Shown here: positions 10,401-20,513 of the stretch, in pieces | Numbering within the stretch: position 1 is the stretch's first letter | Layout: the number at the start of each line of letters is the position of its first letter | Assembly (NCBI GenBank): GCA_001275005.1 | Contig: JWZX01002912.1 | Coordinates: 1-45,482 of the forward strand | From: Chrysochromulina tobinii | Taxonomy: Eukaryota | Direction: 5' to 3' | Length of the DNA stretch: 45,482 nucleotides | Made by a program: the position numbers and the translations under genes | The notes under the pieces: generated by a model | The model's database searches: none | What the model was told of the DNA's origin: nothing | What the model saw: the letters and a program-made list of their open reading frames with translations, nothing else

Positions 10401-11378
10401 TCAGAAGTCATCGATGAGGCTCTTGACGTACGCCTCGAACGAGGCGTCGAGCGACTCGGTGACCGCACGCGTGAGCGCGCGCGGCCGACCGTTGGGTGGG
10501 TAGTTGTCGGAGGGGGCTAGCCCGTGTGGAAAGCATTGGGCAGCCCAGCCACGAACCGCAATCTTGACATCGTCATCAAGGGGATCCATACGCAGAGCCG
10601 AATCCAAAACTGTGTGCAGCTTGACGCTCTTGAAATTGTTGAAGCGTTTGACGATGCGTGCCGATGCGATGACCTTCAAGCCCGCCGCCCGAAGCAACTT
10701 GCCACCCGCGCTGGAACCGGCGGCCGAGCCCCCCGAGCCAGAACCGGCGGCCAGCGCCGCTGCCGCAGCACCGAGGCCGCTACTGCCGGCGGAACCAGAG
10801 TGGGGAAACCCCGTAAAGGAGCCAAGTTGGAGATCGTCCTCGTCCGCGATCGACCTCAGGGCCATTCCCACGTAGTCGGCGGTGGCAGCGCTCGCCTCAA
10901 AATCTGCGAGGGTCCACTCAGGCTGCGAGCCCGTGCAGCGGTGACCGAACTTGATCTGCTTGCACTTCCTGCACTTGTTGCGCTTCTTGTCGCCGTCTTC
11001 TCTCTCCCGTTCCGCCGTCGCTTTTTCAATGCGCAGGTAGTGATTGCGAACCGAGGCGTCGTTCCGGGTGGGAAAGTGCTCTATCGTGAGCTTCTTCCAC
11101 TGTAGCTTGCCCTTTTCCATGTACGCACCTCCGTTGACAACGTTTGTCAGCAGCAAGTCCTCCTCACCGGTCCACATGGTCTGCTTGTCGTGGGCGCCAC
11201 CTCGCTTCCTCTTGCCCCCTTGTTGAGCAAGGTCGAGAGCTTCCCATTCATCTCCCATGGGGTCCTCGAGCTCACTTGGCCCCGTACCCATGCCCAACTC
11301 ATCGTCGGGCGGCGCATGAGCTTTTTGCGGGGCCCCGCGCGGAGGGGGGGGTCCCATCGACGCGGGGCGAGGCGGCAT
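10401..11378 (-). CDS. Myb/SANT plus CxxC-H-C knuckle protein, paralogue B
   Basis: WTGEEDLLL...WKKL...FPTRNDASVRNHY and CRKCKQIKFGHRC; highly similar to 9280-10068. Confidence 0.8.
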   Translation of the reverse strand: MPPRPASMGPPPPRGAPQKAHAPPDDELGMGTGPSELEDPMGDEWEALDLAQQGGKRKRGGAHDKQTMWTGEEDLLLTNVVNGGAYMEKGKLQWKKLTIEHFPTRNDASVRNHYLRIEKATAEREREDGDKKRNKCRKCKQIKFGHRCTGSQPEWTLADFEASAATADYVGMALRSIADEDDLQLGSFTGFPHSGSAGSSGLGAAAAALAAGSGSGGSAAGSSAGGKLLRAAGLKVIASARIVKRFNNFKSVKLHTVLDSALRMDPLDDDVKIAVRGWAAQCFPHGLAPSDNYPPNGRPRALTRAVTESLDASFEAYVKSLIDDF

Positions 11379-11554
11379 GGCGGCGCGTCAATGGAATCTC
11401 CAAGTACGGTGCGGAAATAAAAACTCGCCACGGAGGCATGGCCGTATGTTTGCTGTTCAACACAACGCGAAAAATCTCCACAATCGTTGTGGGCTGGGCC
11501 AATCTTGTTCGCTCCGATGGCGGCAATTCACAGCACAATGTTCCGCATTCGGAA

Positions 11555-12106
11555 ATGAAAAACATGCTCGTGGTCGGCGCGCTGTTCGCCACCACTGTCG
11601 CCGCGCTGCATTGGCCCGCTCCTCAGATTTCGCGGCGAGCCGTCGCGTGCGGTGCCGTGGCAGCTGTGCTGCAGCCTTCTGGCGGCTTCGCCTCTGATGA
11701 GATCATCTCCACCGTATTGGTACCCGGTGACACATCCTCTCCTCTTCCGTCTCGAGCACAGAGGGTCGTCGTGGATTACACGCTATGGCTCAACGATTTC
11801 GAAGGGAAACAGATAGATACTTCGAAAGGAACGCTGCTTCCATTCCCGCGGCCACCCTCACCATTCTCATTCTCGCTCGGGGTGGGAGAGGTTGTGCCAG
11901 GCTGGGATAAGACTGTCAAGTACATGCACCTTGGCGAGACGCGTCGAGTGATCATCCCACCCGAATTCGGCTATGGTGAGAAGGGCACGGGGCCGATCCC
12001 CGGGAACTCCAAACTCTACTTCGAGATCACGTTACTCGAGCTCAAGCCACCGCCCGTCCTCAGCGAGAAGCAGTTGCAATGGCTGGCGGAGCACCCAGAA
12101 CCGTGA
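11555..12106 (+). CDS. FKBP-type peptidyl-prolyl isomerase, probably thylakoid-lumen targeted
   Basis: VVVDYTLWL..IDTS..FSFSLGVGEVVPGWD..MHLGETRRVIIPPEFGYGEKG.GPIPGNSKLYFEITLL. Signal peptide followed by SRRA twin-arginine and a hydrophobic stretch. Start at 11555 or 11564. Confidence 0.92.
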   Translation: MKNMLVVGALFATTVAALHWPAPQISRRAVACGAVAAVLQPSGGFASDEIISTVLVPGDTSSPLPSRAQRVVVDYTLWLNDFEGKQIDTSKGTLLPFPRPPSPFSFSLGVGEVVPGWDKTVKYMHLGETRRVIIPPEFGYGEKGTGPIPGNSKLYFEITLLELKPPPVLSEKQLQWLAEHPEP

Positions 12107-12432
12107 AGGTGTGGTGCGGTGTGGCGCTCGCTCGAGGCCTCAGCAGCTGAGATGATATCTTTTTAGTGTATGTACACGTAGAAATGCTCCCTCTCTCTTC
12201 TCAGAAGAACCTCGAGCTGGTGGAGAACGCTACGTGATGGCCCGGGGAATGCCAATGCGCTGCCGATGGACGAGTCGCCAGGAAGTCGGCCAAATCTGGC
12301 GGGAAGCCGCGGAGCTGCGGCCGGTGCGAAAATATCCAACAGCCAGCCTGTTTCAGTAAGCCGGCGTGCGTCCTTTCCTCCCGTGTGGTGCACACGTGTG
12401 GTTTACAGCGCACGTGCGGCCGTACGCTCCTC

Positions 12433-12951
12433 TCAGTAGTCATCGTATCCTGCAAATTGGCCCGAATCGTACCAGAGCGAGCCGTCGGGCGCTCGGTACA
12501 AGAACTCGGCGTCGCACGGGCACAGGGGCACGCAGAACGCCACAGGCCAAAAGAGGAGAGCCCACAAGCAGCAGCACAGAGCGGTTGCGCCGCCAAAGTA
12601 CGAAGCCCGTAGCCAATACCCGCCAGGAGGCGCCCCAAGCGGCGTCGGTGCCATAACTACCACATCGCGTTCTGTAGACCCCCAACCTCCGCGCCGACTT
12701 CTGTAGACCACACGTACCGACGAAGACGTCCCTGTGTGTACAGGAACGCCTTCGACGTACTGCGCTGCGGCGACCGGCACGGCCTGCACGACAACTTCGC
12801 CGTCTGTGACTCCGTTGCGCAGCGCGCTCTCATCGTCCTCCTGCTGCAGTCGGATGGCGAGCGCGATGGACGCCTCGTCATCAGCCTGCCCCTCTAGCCG
12901 CTCAGCCGCCGCCACCTGTTCCTGATTCCTCGGGCTCTCCACATTCAGCAT
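12433..12951 (-). CDS. Small protein with a UIM-like motif and Cys-rich hydrophobic C-terminal segment
   Basis: DDEASIALAIRLQQED (ubiquitin-interacting-motif-like) and GGATALCCCLWALLFWPVAFCVPLCPCD. Confidence 0.65.
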   Translation of the reverse strand: MLNVESPRNQEQVAAAERLEGQADDEASIALAIRLQQEDDESALRNGVTDGEVVVQAVPVAAAQYVEGVPVHTGTSSSVRVVYRSRRGGWGSTERDVVVMAPTPLGAPPGGYWLRASYFGGATALCCCLWALLFWPVAFCVPLCPCDAEFLYRAPDGSLWYDSGQFAGYDDY

Positions 12952-13266
12952 TTTTAGCAAGCGCCACGCACAGAAAAGGAAAAGCGTCGCAGACCTTCGA
13001 TTATGTTTCGAGGGCTTGCGGCTCTACTCTTTTGTTCAAGTTCAAGTTCAAGTTCGAGTTACTACATTAACAACCTCTCGATTTGGCCCTGTGGCGTTCC
13101 GCGTGCGGCGTGCCCCTGTGCCCCAGCGCCGAGTTCTTATACCGCCCGACGCCTCTCCTCTGTTTCGTCATCGTGGCGACATGTGTGGTTTCTTCGCGAT
13201 TTTTAGTTTTTGGGGCTCTTCTCATCACACTTCACACATCGCCATCTAGTTTCCGGCACCGAGAGG

Positions 13267-14100
13267 ATGGTTGCGTCGGTCTCGGTCACCACACCCGTGA
13301 CGCGCGACGACGGGCCGTGGACGGAAGAGGAGAAGGCAGCATGCTTGGCTGTCCGCGAGAAGCTCATCAAAGAAAAGAATTTATCGCCGAAGCAGGTGGG
13401 CGAGATCGAGCTGGTCACCATTGTGATGAACAGCAAATGCAGGGTGGACGAGGCAGTGCAAAAGTTCATGACATACCACGAGAACTTGCTCGGTGAGTAT
13501 GGCCTGGGCGATGTCTGGTCGGACAAGGAAACGCTTCACAATCAATGGCATCGGCTGGCGGTCTGTGGATGCGACGAGGGCGGCCGATCTGTCATGTGGG
13601 TGCATGGGGGAGGCACGCCTGTGGAAGAGGAGGCTGCCTGCATGCGTAGCTGCTGCTGGTACTTTTTTGCCGTGCATGCTGATCGCCACACGCTTCGCAA
13701 CGGAATCAGCCTGGTCATCAACTCGGCGAATCGTCCGAAGAAGCAGATTGGAAACGAGAAGAAGCTGCAGGTCGCATGGCAGAACTTCCCGACGCGCGCG
13801 CAGGGCATCTACATTCTTGGAACGAATATGGTGACGCGTGTGGTGGTCAACGCCCTGATCGCCTTCGCGAGCCTGTTCGCCAAGAACAAGGTGATTGCAC
13901 GGATCATGTTTGCCGAGGTCAAGGACCTTGAGAAAAAGTGGGGTGGTGTCGAGCCACTCCCTGAGATGCATGGCGGCGCAAAGAGACTGCCAACTGCCGA
14001 GTGGGTCGACGAGCGGCTGTCCAACTTCCCGAGGATGAATCTGCCAGAGTACGTCGATATCGAAGGCGTCACTGCCGCTGCAGCCGCCGTCAAAATCTGA
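13267..14100 (+). CDS. CRAL-TRIO/Sec14-like lipid-binding protein
   Basis: GCDEGGRSV, NGISLVIN, NFPTRAQGIYIL, KVIARIMF and LPEMHGG follow the CRAL-TRIO pattern (GxDxxGRxV...FPxRxxxIxI...LPxExGG). Confidence 0.8.
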   Translation: MVASVSVTTPVTRDDGPWTEEEKAACLAVREKLIKEKNLSPKQVGEIELVTIVMNSKCRVDEAVQKFMTYHENLLGEYGLGDVWSDKETLHNQWHRLAVCGCDEGGRSVMWVHGGGTPVEEEAACMRSCCWYFFAVHADRHTLRNGISLVINSANRPKKQIGNEKKLQVAWQNFPTRAQGIYILGTNMVTRVVVNALIAFASLFAKNKVIARIMFAEVKDLEKKWGGVEPLPEMHGGAKRLPTAEWVDERLSNFPRMNLPEYVDIEGVTAAAAAVKI

Positions 14101-14360
14101 CGATGCAAAGACATCAGAGACGGAGCGAAAAAGAGGCCCGTGCCACTTTGTTCCACTTTGAGCCTCTAGAGCGTGCCGCGTGTGTTGCCGTTGCGAAGTG
14201 TTGCGTTACTTGCTGTTTTTGCTTGTGTGCATACAGAGGAAAAACAGTTCTTTGACGCCGTGTTGGACACTCAGCAGGCCGCCCAACACGGCGTGACTTT
14301 CGTGCGGATGCTACTCGGCTGAGCACTACGTGAGCGTCGTCGACGCTGGGCGGCGCACGC

Positions 14361-15014
14361 ATGGACGCCGCCGAACGCCTCGTGGCCGATGTATACGGGA
14401 CTGCCGACCTCAGTCTCGACGCCGCGTTTGCAATCTCTGAGGCAGATATCAAACACGTCAATACGATCGCTGGGTCACAAAAGGCGGTAAACTACGGCGA
14501 GGTGCCAAACAGGACTTGGAGCGAGGTGCTCAACCGACTTCAGCTCACAACTGATGATGTCTTCTACGACCTGGGCTCGGGCCGTGGCGCGCTCGCGATG
14601 TTCACGCACGTGGCATGTAAGCTTCGCAAGAGCGTCGGCATCGAGCTCTCCCGAGAGCGGCACACTATGGCCATGCGCGCATTGCAATCCCTGCGCTCCG
14701 CGAGCCCGGAGGCGTGTGCAGGTCTGTACTTTCTTAACGAAGACATCCACCACGCCGATTTCAGGGATGCGACGTGCGTCTTCCTCATGAATCAGGACAT
14801 GCCGCATCGGCTCGTCGGCGCGGTGTGGGCAAAGCTGCTCGCGCTCGGCCAGCCGCTCACGGTGGTGACTTTGCATGCGCCTCGGGACATCCCCAGGCTG
14901 CCCGAGCGCGAAACTATCTCTGGGCTGCCGCAGACGTGGAATCAGTCCACGGACTTCCATATATATCGACTGCCTGGAGCAGCGACGGAACGGTTACAAT
15001 GCAGGCGAGCTTAA
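14361..15014 (+). CDS. DOT1-like class I SAM-dependent methyltransferase
   Basis: NYGEV, DVFYDLGSGRG, VGIELSRERH, EDIHHADFRDATCVF. Confidence 0.8.
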   Translation: MDAAERLVADVYGTADLSLDAAFAISEADIKHVNTIAGSQKAVNYGEVPNRTWSEVLNRLQLTTDDVFYDLGSGRGALAMFTHVACKLRKSVGIELSRERHTMAMRALQSLRSASPEACAGLYFLNEDIHHADFRDATCVFLMNQDMPHRLVGAVWAKLLALGQPLTVVTLHAPRDIPRLPERETISGLPQTWNQSTDFHIYRLPGAATERLQCRRA

Positions 15015-15301
15015 ACACGGTCGCTGTGTCGCGGAGAACGCTTATTGACGGGAACGTCAAATACTTGTGATTGACGCGACGCGGGCTACATGTAGGGGGC
15101 TAGAAGGGTACAAAAGCCGCACCCTACACTAGGCTAGGCGTAGACGTTGAGTACAGACGGCTTTCAATTTTTACAGGACGTTCTCGCCACCGCCCGCGCA
15201 CACGGACACGCCGCATGGCCACACCCCGGCACGCCATGACGACCCCAGCCGGGCGCTGCTGCACGCTCTGGCTCTCGTCGACAACTGCTCCAGCTCACGC
15301 C

Positions 15302-17519
15302 TCACGGCATGTGTGCCCACTTGTCATCGATGATATAGTCGCCCGGCGCCTCGAAGTTGAAGACCCTGCCTGCGGACTCTCCCGGCGGCACCAACTCGTA
15401 CCCGCGGAGCCGCGCAATCTCGGAGATTGTCTCGGAGATTTTGACCGAGCCGAGCTCGTCGGAGGTGAGCTCTCGCAAGGCCTGGCCGTCGTTGACGATG
15501 CGCAGCTGGCGAACGGTGACGCGCGCGCCCGGAACGGCGCGGATCGTAAGCGCGCCGTCGAGCTCGAGGCGCGAGATCGCTATCTCGCCGTCGAGGCACA
15601 GCGAGGAGCGTGCGCTGAGCGAGATGGCCGCGCCGCCGCCCAGACGAGCGATGCCAATCCCGAGCGTCGGTCGGAAGAAGGCGCCCAACACGACGCGAGG
15701 CCCAGCGTCGACGGTGACGCCCCCAACGATCGCCTTCGCGGCGGGCGGCAGTCGGCTGCCCGCGAGCGCCAGCAGCCTTCGGTTGAAGGCGTAGATCGCA
15801 TGCTCGCCCGCGGCGGCGCCGCCGGACGCCTGCCCAGCCGCGGCCCTCTTCACAGCGTCGTCCCGGGCATTCTTGACCGGCGCGTAGAAGCCGTCGTCGA
15901 GGGAGGTGAAGCTCACCGCGGCGCTTGGGGGCAGTACGTAGGGAAAGTCCTGAGAGGTGTGAACGACATAAGGAAGGTGTGAAGGGAAAGTCCTGCGAGG
16001 CCATCCGTGGCAATCAGGGACGCTCAGTGGCACTCAGTGACAATAGGGTCGCTCAGTGGCAAAAGGGACGCTCAATGGCACTCAGTGGCACTCGGCGGCG
16101 CTCGGGTGGCGACTCGAAGCTGCCGAGATGCCTCCTCGTAGCACTCACCTGCATCATGCACTCGAGGCGCGTCGGGCTCTTGAACTTGGTGCGCGTGCCG
16201 TCCGTGTACTTGGGGTTGACGAACTCCGGCATCGCGCCGCCGCTGGCCTCGAGAGCCTCTACATAGGGACCGAGGCTGAAGATCAACTGGTTCGTGTTCC
16301 CGGGGAAGGGGGAGTAGCCCGTGGCCGGGTCGTTGTAGTCGCCGCGCGCGTCGAGCGAGGCGCGCACGAGCGCATCGAGCTGATTGTACTCGACATTCAC
16401 GACGAGGGTGCGGCTGGCGGCGCTCACCACGGCGCCCTCCTCCACCGCGTCGCTCGTGCTACGCGCCGTGCTGGGCGTCGGACGCGCCGTGGTGAGCGCC
16501 ATGAGAGCGCCCGAGGCATCGCCCGCACGCCGAGGCACCGAGAGCGTGTTCATCGCGAGCGAGTGCGCGACAGACACGCCGAGGGCAGCGGGGACGCCGC
16601 CGAAGACCAACGCGTTCGTGTCCTGCAGGAAGACGAGGTGGTTACACCCTTGCCCGAGCAACTTGCGCGCGAGCCCGGACGTGTGAAGCAATGCATGCAC
16701 GTCGCCGTGCCCGTGCGGTTTCGTCAGCAGGCAGAAGCGGTCGTTGGGCTCGGTGGCGAGGTGCGCGCGCCCGTTGGAGAGGCATGGCACCTTGCCCTGC
16801 TTGATCAGGTGCAGCTGTGAAGGCGCCAAACCGAACCGATCGCGCGCATCGAGCAGCGCCCGCGTCGGTGCGTCGGTGTCGTCAGACGTCATGATGATGA
16901 CCGGAATCAAGCTGGGCGTCGGCAGCGGCGCATCCGCTGGAGCAGAGGTACCGTCGGTGGCCGCGAGCGTGAGCGCCTGCAGGGCTAGGATGTGCCTCAC
17001 ATACAGTTCGAGGTAGCAAGTTCCGGTCATCGTCTCCGACGGCAGCGCGAGCTTGATGCCGCTGTACCCGAGCCGCTCGCCAAGGCCGCCCGCCACGATC
17101 ACGAACCCGGTGCGCCGCGCTGCGGCGGCGCCGAGCCGCTCGAAGCGGTCGAACTCGTCGGAGCCGAAGGCGAGCGTCACGCCTGACGGCACCGATGGCA
17201 CAAAGCCGTCGAATGGGTTCTCGCCCACACGGCTCGCCTCGAGCAGGCGCTGCGCACGGCGGACGTAGTCGCATACGCCTCCCGGCATCGAATTCTCGAG
17301 CGCGGCGAGCTGCGCGCGCAGGCGCCGCTTGCCGTCCTCGTCCTCACCCACGACCCAGCCCTCGGTGAGGTGCGACTGGTCGCCCGATGCGACGAGCTCC
17401 TCCAGGATGCGCGCGCCCGCCGCATCGGCTTCCTTGTCGAACAGGCTGTCCACCTTTTCACGACAGAGCGGCAAGCAGAACGACTGGAAGAGCGACGACA
17501 GCAGAGCATTGAGGTCCAT
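15302..17519 (-). CDS. USP: UDP-sugar pyrophosphorylase; exons 17519-16149 and 15949-15302
   Basis: VAGGLGERLGYSGIK, IMTSDDT, KQGKVPC, TKPHGHGDVH, FLQDTN, NVEYNQL, GYSPFPGNTNQL, EFVNPKY, RLECMMQ|DFP, YAPVKN. Confidence 0.95.
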
Positions 17520-17682
17520 CGTCGGCTGACTCCGCCGTGTGAATAGAGTTCGGACTTAAATTTAAGTGCCTTCAGAGGAGCGCGCCCACGCGACTAGGTC
17601 CTGTGATAATTTGCCGCCAAAATATGAGGGCCGGCTGTCGAGGATTCCGCAGTGGCAGCGCAGCAGCGCACGCAACGCGAAG

Positions 17683-18849
17683 ATGGGTTGCTGCCCCTCG
17701 GCACCGAAGAACGCGATGAACCTGGACGACGTGCTTGATGATGAGGACGCTGCTGGCGCGAAGATCAGCAAGAAGGAGAAGCGAAAGCAAGACAAGAAAC
17801 GACTGAATAACGCACCCGACAGCGCGAGCTTCTCCGAGGAGCCAATGGAGCCGGAGGAGCGCGACATGAAGTTGCGTACGAAGCAGAAGCGTACGCTGCG
17901 CGGTAAGCGTGGCGTCGTATCGGGCGTGGACCTCGACGAGTTCAACGAGTTCCCGAGCAATGAGCCGTTGTCGCCACAGCTGGACGATGACAGCGGTACG
18001 GGCAGCAGCAGCAGCAGCAGCAGCAGAACTTCAGCTGCGGCGGAAGCGGCGGCGAAAGCAGCGGCGGAGGCGGCCGAGGCGGAACGCGTCAAGGCGAAGG
18101 AGGCCGAGGCGGCTCGTGCGGCGGCGGCGGCGCGCGCTGCGGCGGATGCCTGGGCGGCGCACGTAGCTGCCGAGGAGGCGATGGCGGCGCAGGCGGCTGC
18201 GGAGGCCGAGGCGGCGGCGGCGGCGGCGGCCGAGGCCGAGGCGCGTGCGAAGGCGGAGGCGGAGGCGGCCAAGGCGAGGGCGGCGGCCGAGGCGCAGGCC
18301 CACGCAGCCAAGATGAACGCCGCGATTGCCGGCCGGATGGCCAGTAGCAAACCCAAGTCGCATGCACAGCAGCTGCACACGGACGCAGCTTTGGATCCGA
18401 CCCTGCAAACGTCGGACCAGCTGCAGTCGGCCGCCTTCGAGGCCTTCCTGCGCTGGGAGGATAAGGTGCAGCGAGCGGCACAGGACATTCTCAAGCATCC
18501 GATGAGGGCCAAAGTCCCTCGGAAACCAGATCCTCGGAAGCCAGATCCCGTCGGCAGCATGTTCACGCTCATCGCGATGGAGGAGCAGACGCGCAACACG
18601 TCGTTCGTGACGGTGATGCAGACGCAGCACGCGCTCTTCCAGGTCCGCCTGGTTCAGGGCAAGGGTCTTCGCGACTACGGGCTCCTTTGCGACACCGTGA
18701 TCAACAAGCTCTCCCTAAGGCTACCCGCGATCCCAAAGCAGAAGGACCCCAAGCAAGACATCGCGCCGCTCGTCTCGGCGTACACGTCGGCGATCGCTCA
18801 GCACCGTGATCTCGCCAAGGCCGCGCGCCCCGATGGGTTCGTCACTTAG
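17683..18849 (+). CDS. Hypothetical protein with MGCC N-terminus (possible myristoylation/palmitoylation) and Ala/Glu-rich coiled coil
   Basis: Long ORF with GC3-rich codons; first plausible ATG gives MGCCPSAPK. No family recognised. Confidence 0.7.
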   Translation: MGCCPSAPKNAMNLDDVLDDEDAAGAKISKKEKRKQDKKRLNNAPDSASFSEEPMEPEERDMKLRTKQKRTLRGKRGVVSGVDLDEFNEFPSNEPLSPQLDDDSGTGSSSSSSSRTSAAAEAAAKAAAEAAEAERVKAKEAEAARAAAAARAAADAWAAHVAAEEAMAAQAAAEAEAAAAAAAEAEARAKAEAEAAKARAAAEAQAHAAKMNAAIAGRMASSKPKSHAQQLHTDAALDPTLQTSDQLQSAAFEAFLRWEDKVQRAAQDILKHPMRAKVPRKPDPRKPDPVGSMFTLIAMEEQTRNTSFVTVMQTQHALFQVRLVQGKGLRDYGLLCDTVINKLSLRLPAIPKQKDPKQDIAPLVSAYTSAIAQHRDLAKAARPDGFVT

Positions 18850-19347
18850 TGTGTGCTCTTATAATGCGCGTTGTGGTTGCGTTAACCGGTGAGTCGGCGG
18901 GTTGAAGAGTCGCGTGTCCCCCGCCGCCCCGCCGGCGCGGACGTCCCGCGCCGGGGCGGCGAACTTAAGTGCGTTGCCGTTGGGGGCAAGCCGGACATAG
19001 TCTGACCGCTCGGCTAGGCCCGGCCGCGCACCTCTCTGCGTCCGGTCGTCCGCTGGGCCGCTCGCTCCCCGGGCGTCTCAGCAGAACTTTTGCGCGTTCG
19101 ATATATTTAATTTCATCGACCGACGCGTCTTACCGATCGGATTCATATGGATACTTACATGGTCGCCGCTGGTGTTCGGTAAGACGGGACGCGGTGGCGG
19201 ACCGCATCGCCATCGACCGCGGGACCCTTCGACGAACGAATGTCGAATCACTCGGTGCGTCGCACTTCACCGACTATATGCGTGTCCTAACCATTGTAAT
19301 TCGTCGTCGGGGTACTCCAAATCAAATGACGATGAATTGAGGAGCAG

Positions 19348-20268
19348 CTACGGCAGCTTACCGATGAGGGCGCTAGATATGGCGCTCAGAGTGGAGGAGG
19401 TCGAGGGCGACGATTGGGACGACGAGGAGGACGACGAGGTAGTCGAGGCCTCCTCGTCCACAACCTTCCTCCTCAACGAGGGCGTCGTCATGGGCGTCGT
19501 TCCCACACGTGGAAGCGAGCTGTGGGGAAGCGAGCTGTGGGGAAGCGAGCTGTGGGGAAGCGAGCCTCTCCACTCCATGGCCCAGTTAGGCATACTGAGC
19601 GACTTACTTATGAGCATGGGGTGAGGGCGAGCGCCGATGTCGACGAAGCCGACGCGGAGGTAAAGCCTGCGCGGCCCCTCATCCTGGGTCAGCAGGACCA
19701 CGCGCGCGCCGCTCGGTCGCGCTCGCGTCTCGATGAGCCAACGCAACATCCTCCCGCCCATGCCCATTCCTCGCAAGTCCGAGCGCACGGCAAACGCCTC
19801 GAGCGTCCAGTCCGAGAACGCCTCTGCCCCTGGTGGCTTGAGGACCTCGCGCTCCGTGGCAGCGAAGGCGTTCATCAGCGCATAGAAACGCCAGAACGCT
19901 CGCAACCCAAACCGGAATGGGATTTCGAGGAAGCCGAGCTTGATCAGCGTGCAGAGCGATGGCGCCATGTTGCTGCCCTGCGCAAAGACCACGTGCCCGG
20001 CCACGCGTCCGTCATTATCAAGCCAGAACTCGGAGCGCTCGCCCAGGAGTCGAAGGCGAACCCTATTGAAAAAGCGCAGTCGGTTTGCCCGCACTCTCTC
20101 GTCGGGCACGAGGTACCTCCACATCGGGTGGTGCATGTTCGCCTCCACGAGGACCTCGACAACCGCGTCGAGGTGCTCTGGATGCTCGCGCGTCGAGTGC
20201 AAAGTCGGCGGGATGGCGTGGCTCTCGACGAGGGCTGCTCGTCGAGACCACGGACTCGGCCGCTTCAT
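19348..20268 (-). CDS. GNAT-family N-acetyltransferase
   Basis: WTLEAFAVRSDLRGMGMGGRML (acetyl-CoA motif A) and LYLRVGF (motif B). The C-terminal tail carries a 15-bp repeat encoding (HSSLP)3 at 19511-19565. Confidence 0.8.
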   Translation of the reverse strand: MKRPSPWSRRAALVESHAIPPTLHSTREHPEHLDAVVEVLVEANMHHPMWRYLVPDERVRANRLRFFNRVRLRLLGERSEFWLDNDGRVAGHVVFAQGSNMAPSLCTLIKLGFLEIPFRFGLRAFWRFYALMNAFAATEREVLKPPGAEAFSDWTLEAFAVRSDLRGMGMGGRMLRWLIETRARPSGARVVLLTQDEGPRRLYLRVGFVDIGARPHPMLISKSLSMPNWAMEWRGSLPHSSLPHSSLPHSSLPRVGTTPMTTPSLRRKVVDEEASTTSSSSSSSQSSPSTSSTLSAISSALIGKLP

Positions 20269-20513
20269 CGCGGCGATCGCTCGTGCCGACGACGAACACT
20301 TCGATTGCAATCATCCAAACTAGGAGTCCAAACGCGAGAAGGAATCCTCATTTGGTCAAACGATCTCAAAAACCACACGTGCGGCCACCTTGTCGCTTCC
20401 ACAAGGGGCTGGGATTGCGCTTCCCACACTTTTTCGGAGTTCACACGTTTAGTCGTTCGGCGATCTTTGCTAGGCCTTGCACAGGGTTGCAGGCCTTGCA
20501 GCGGCAGCACCTG

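Noticed and set aside
19151..19162. ATACTTACATGG, resembling the U1 snRNA 5' end (ATACTTACCTGG)
   Set aside because: Mismatch in the splice-site-pairing bases, and no U1-70K loop, U1A loop (ATTGCAC) or Sm site downstream.
19286..19292. CCTAACC as a telomerase RNA template
   Set aside because: Only 7 nt, near the 3' end of the structured region, with no evident pseudoknot or oligo-T terminator. Too weak to call.
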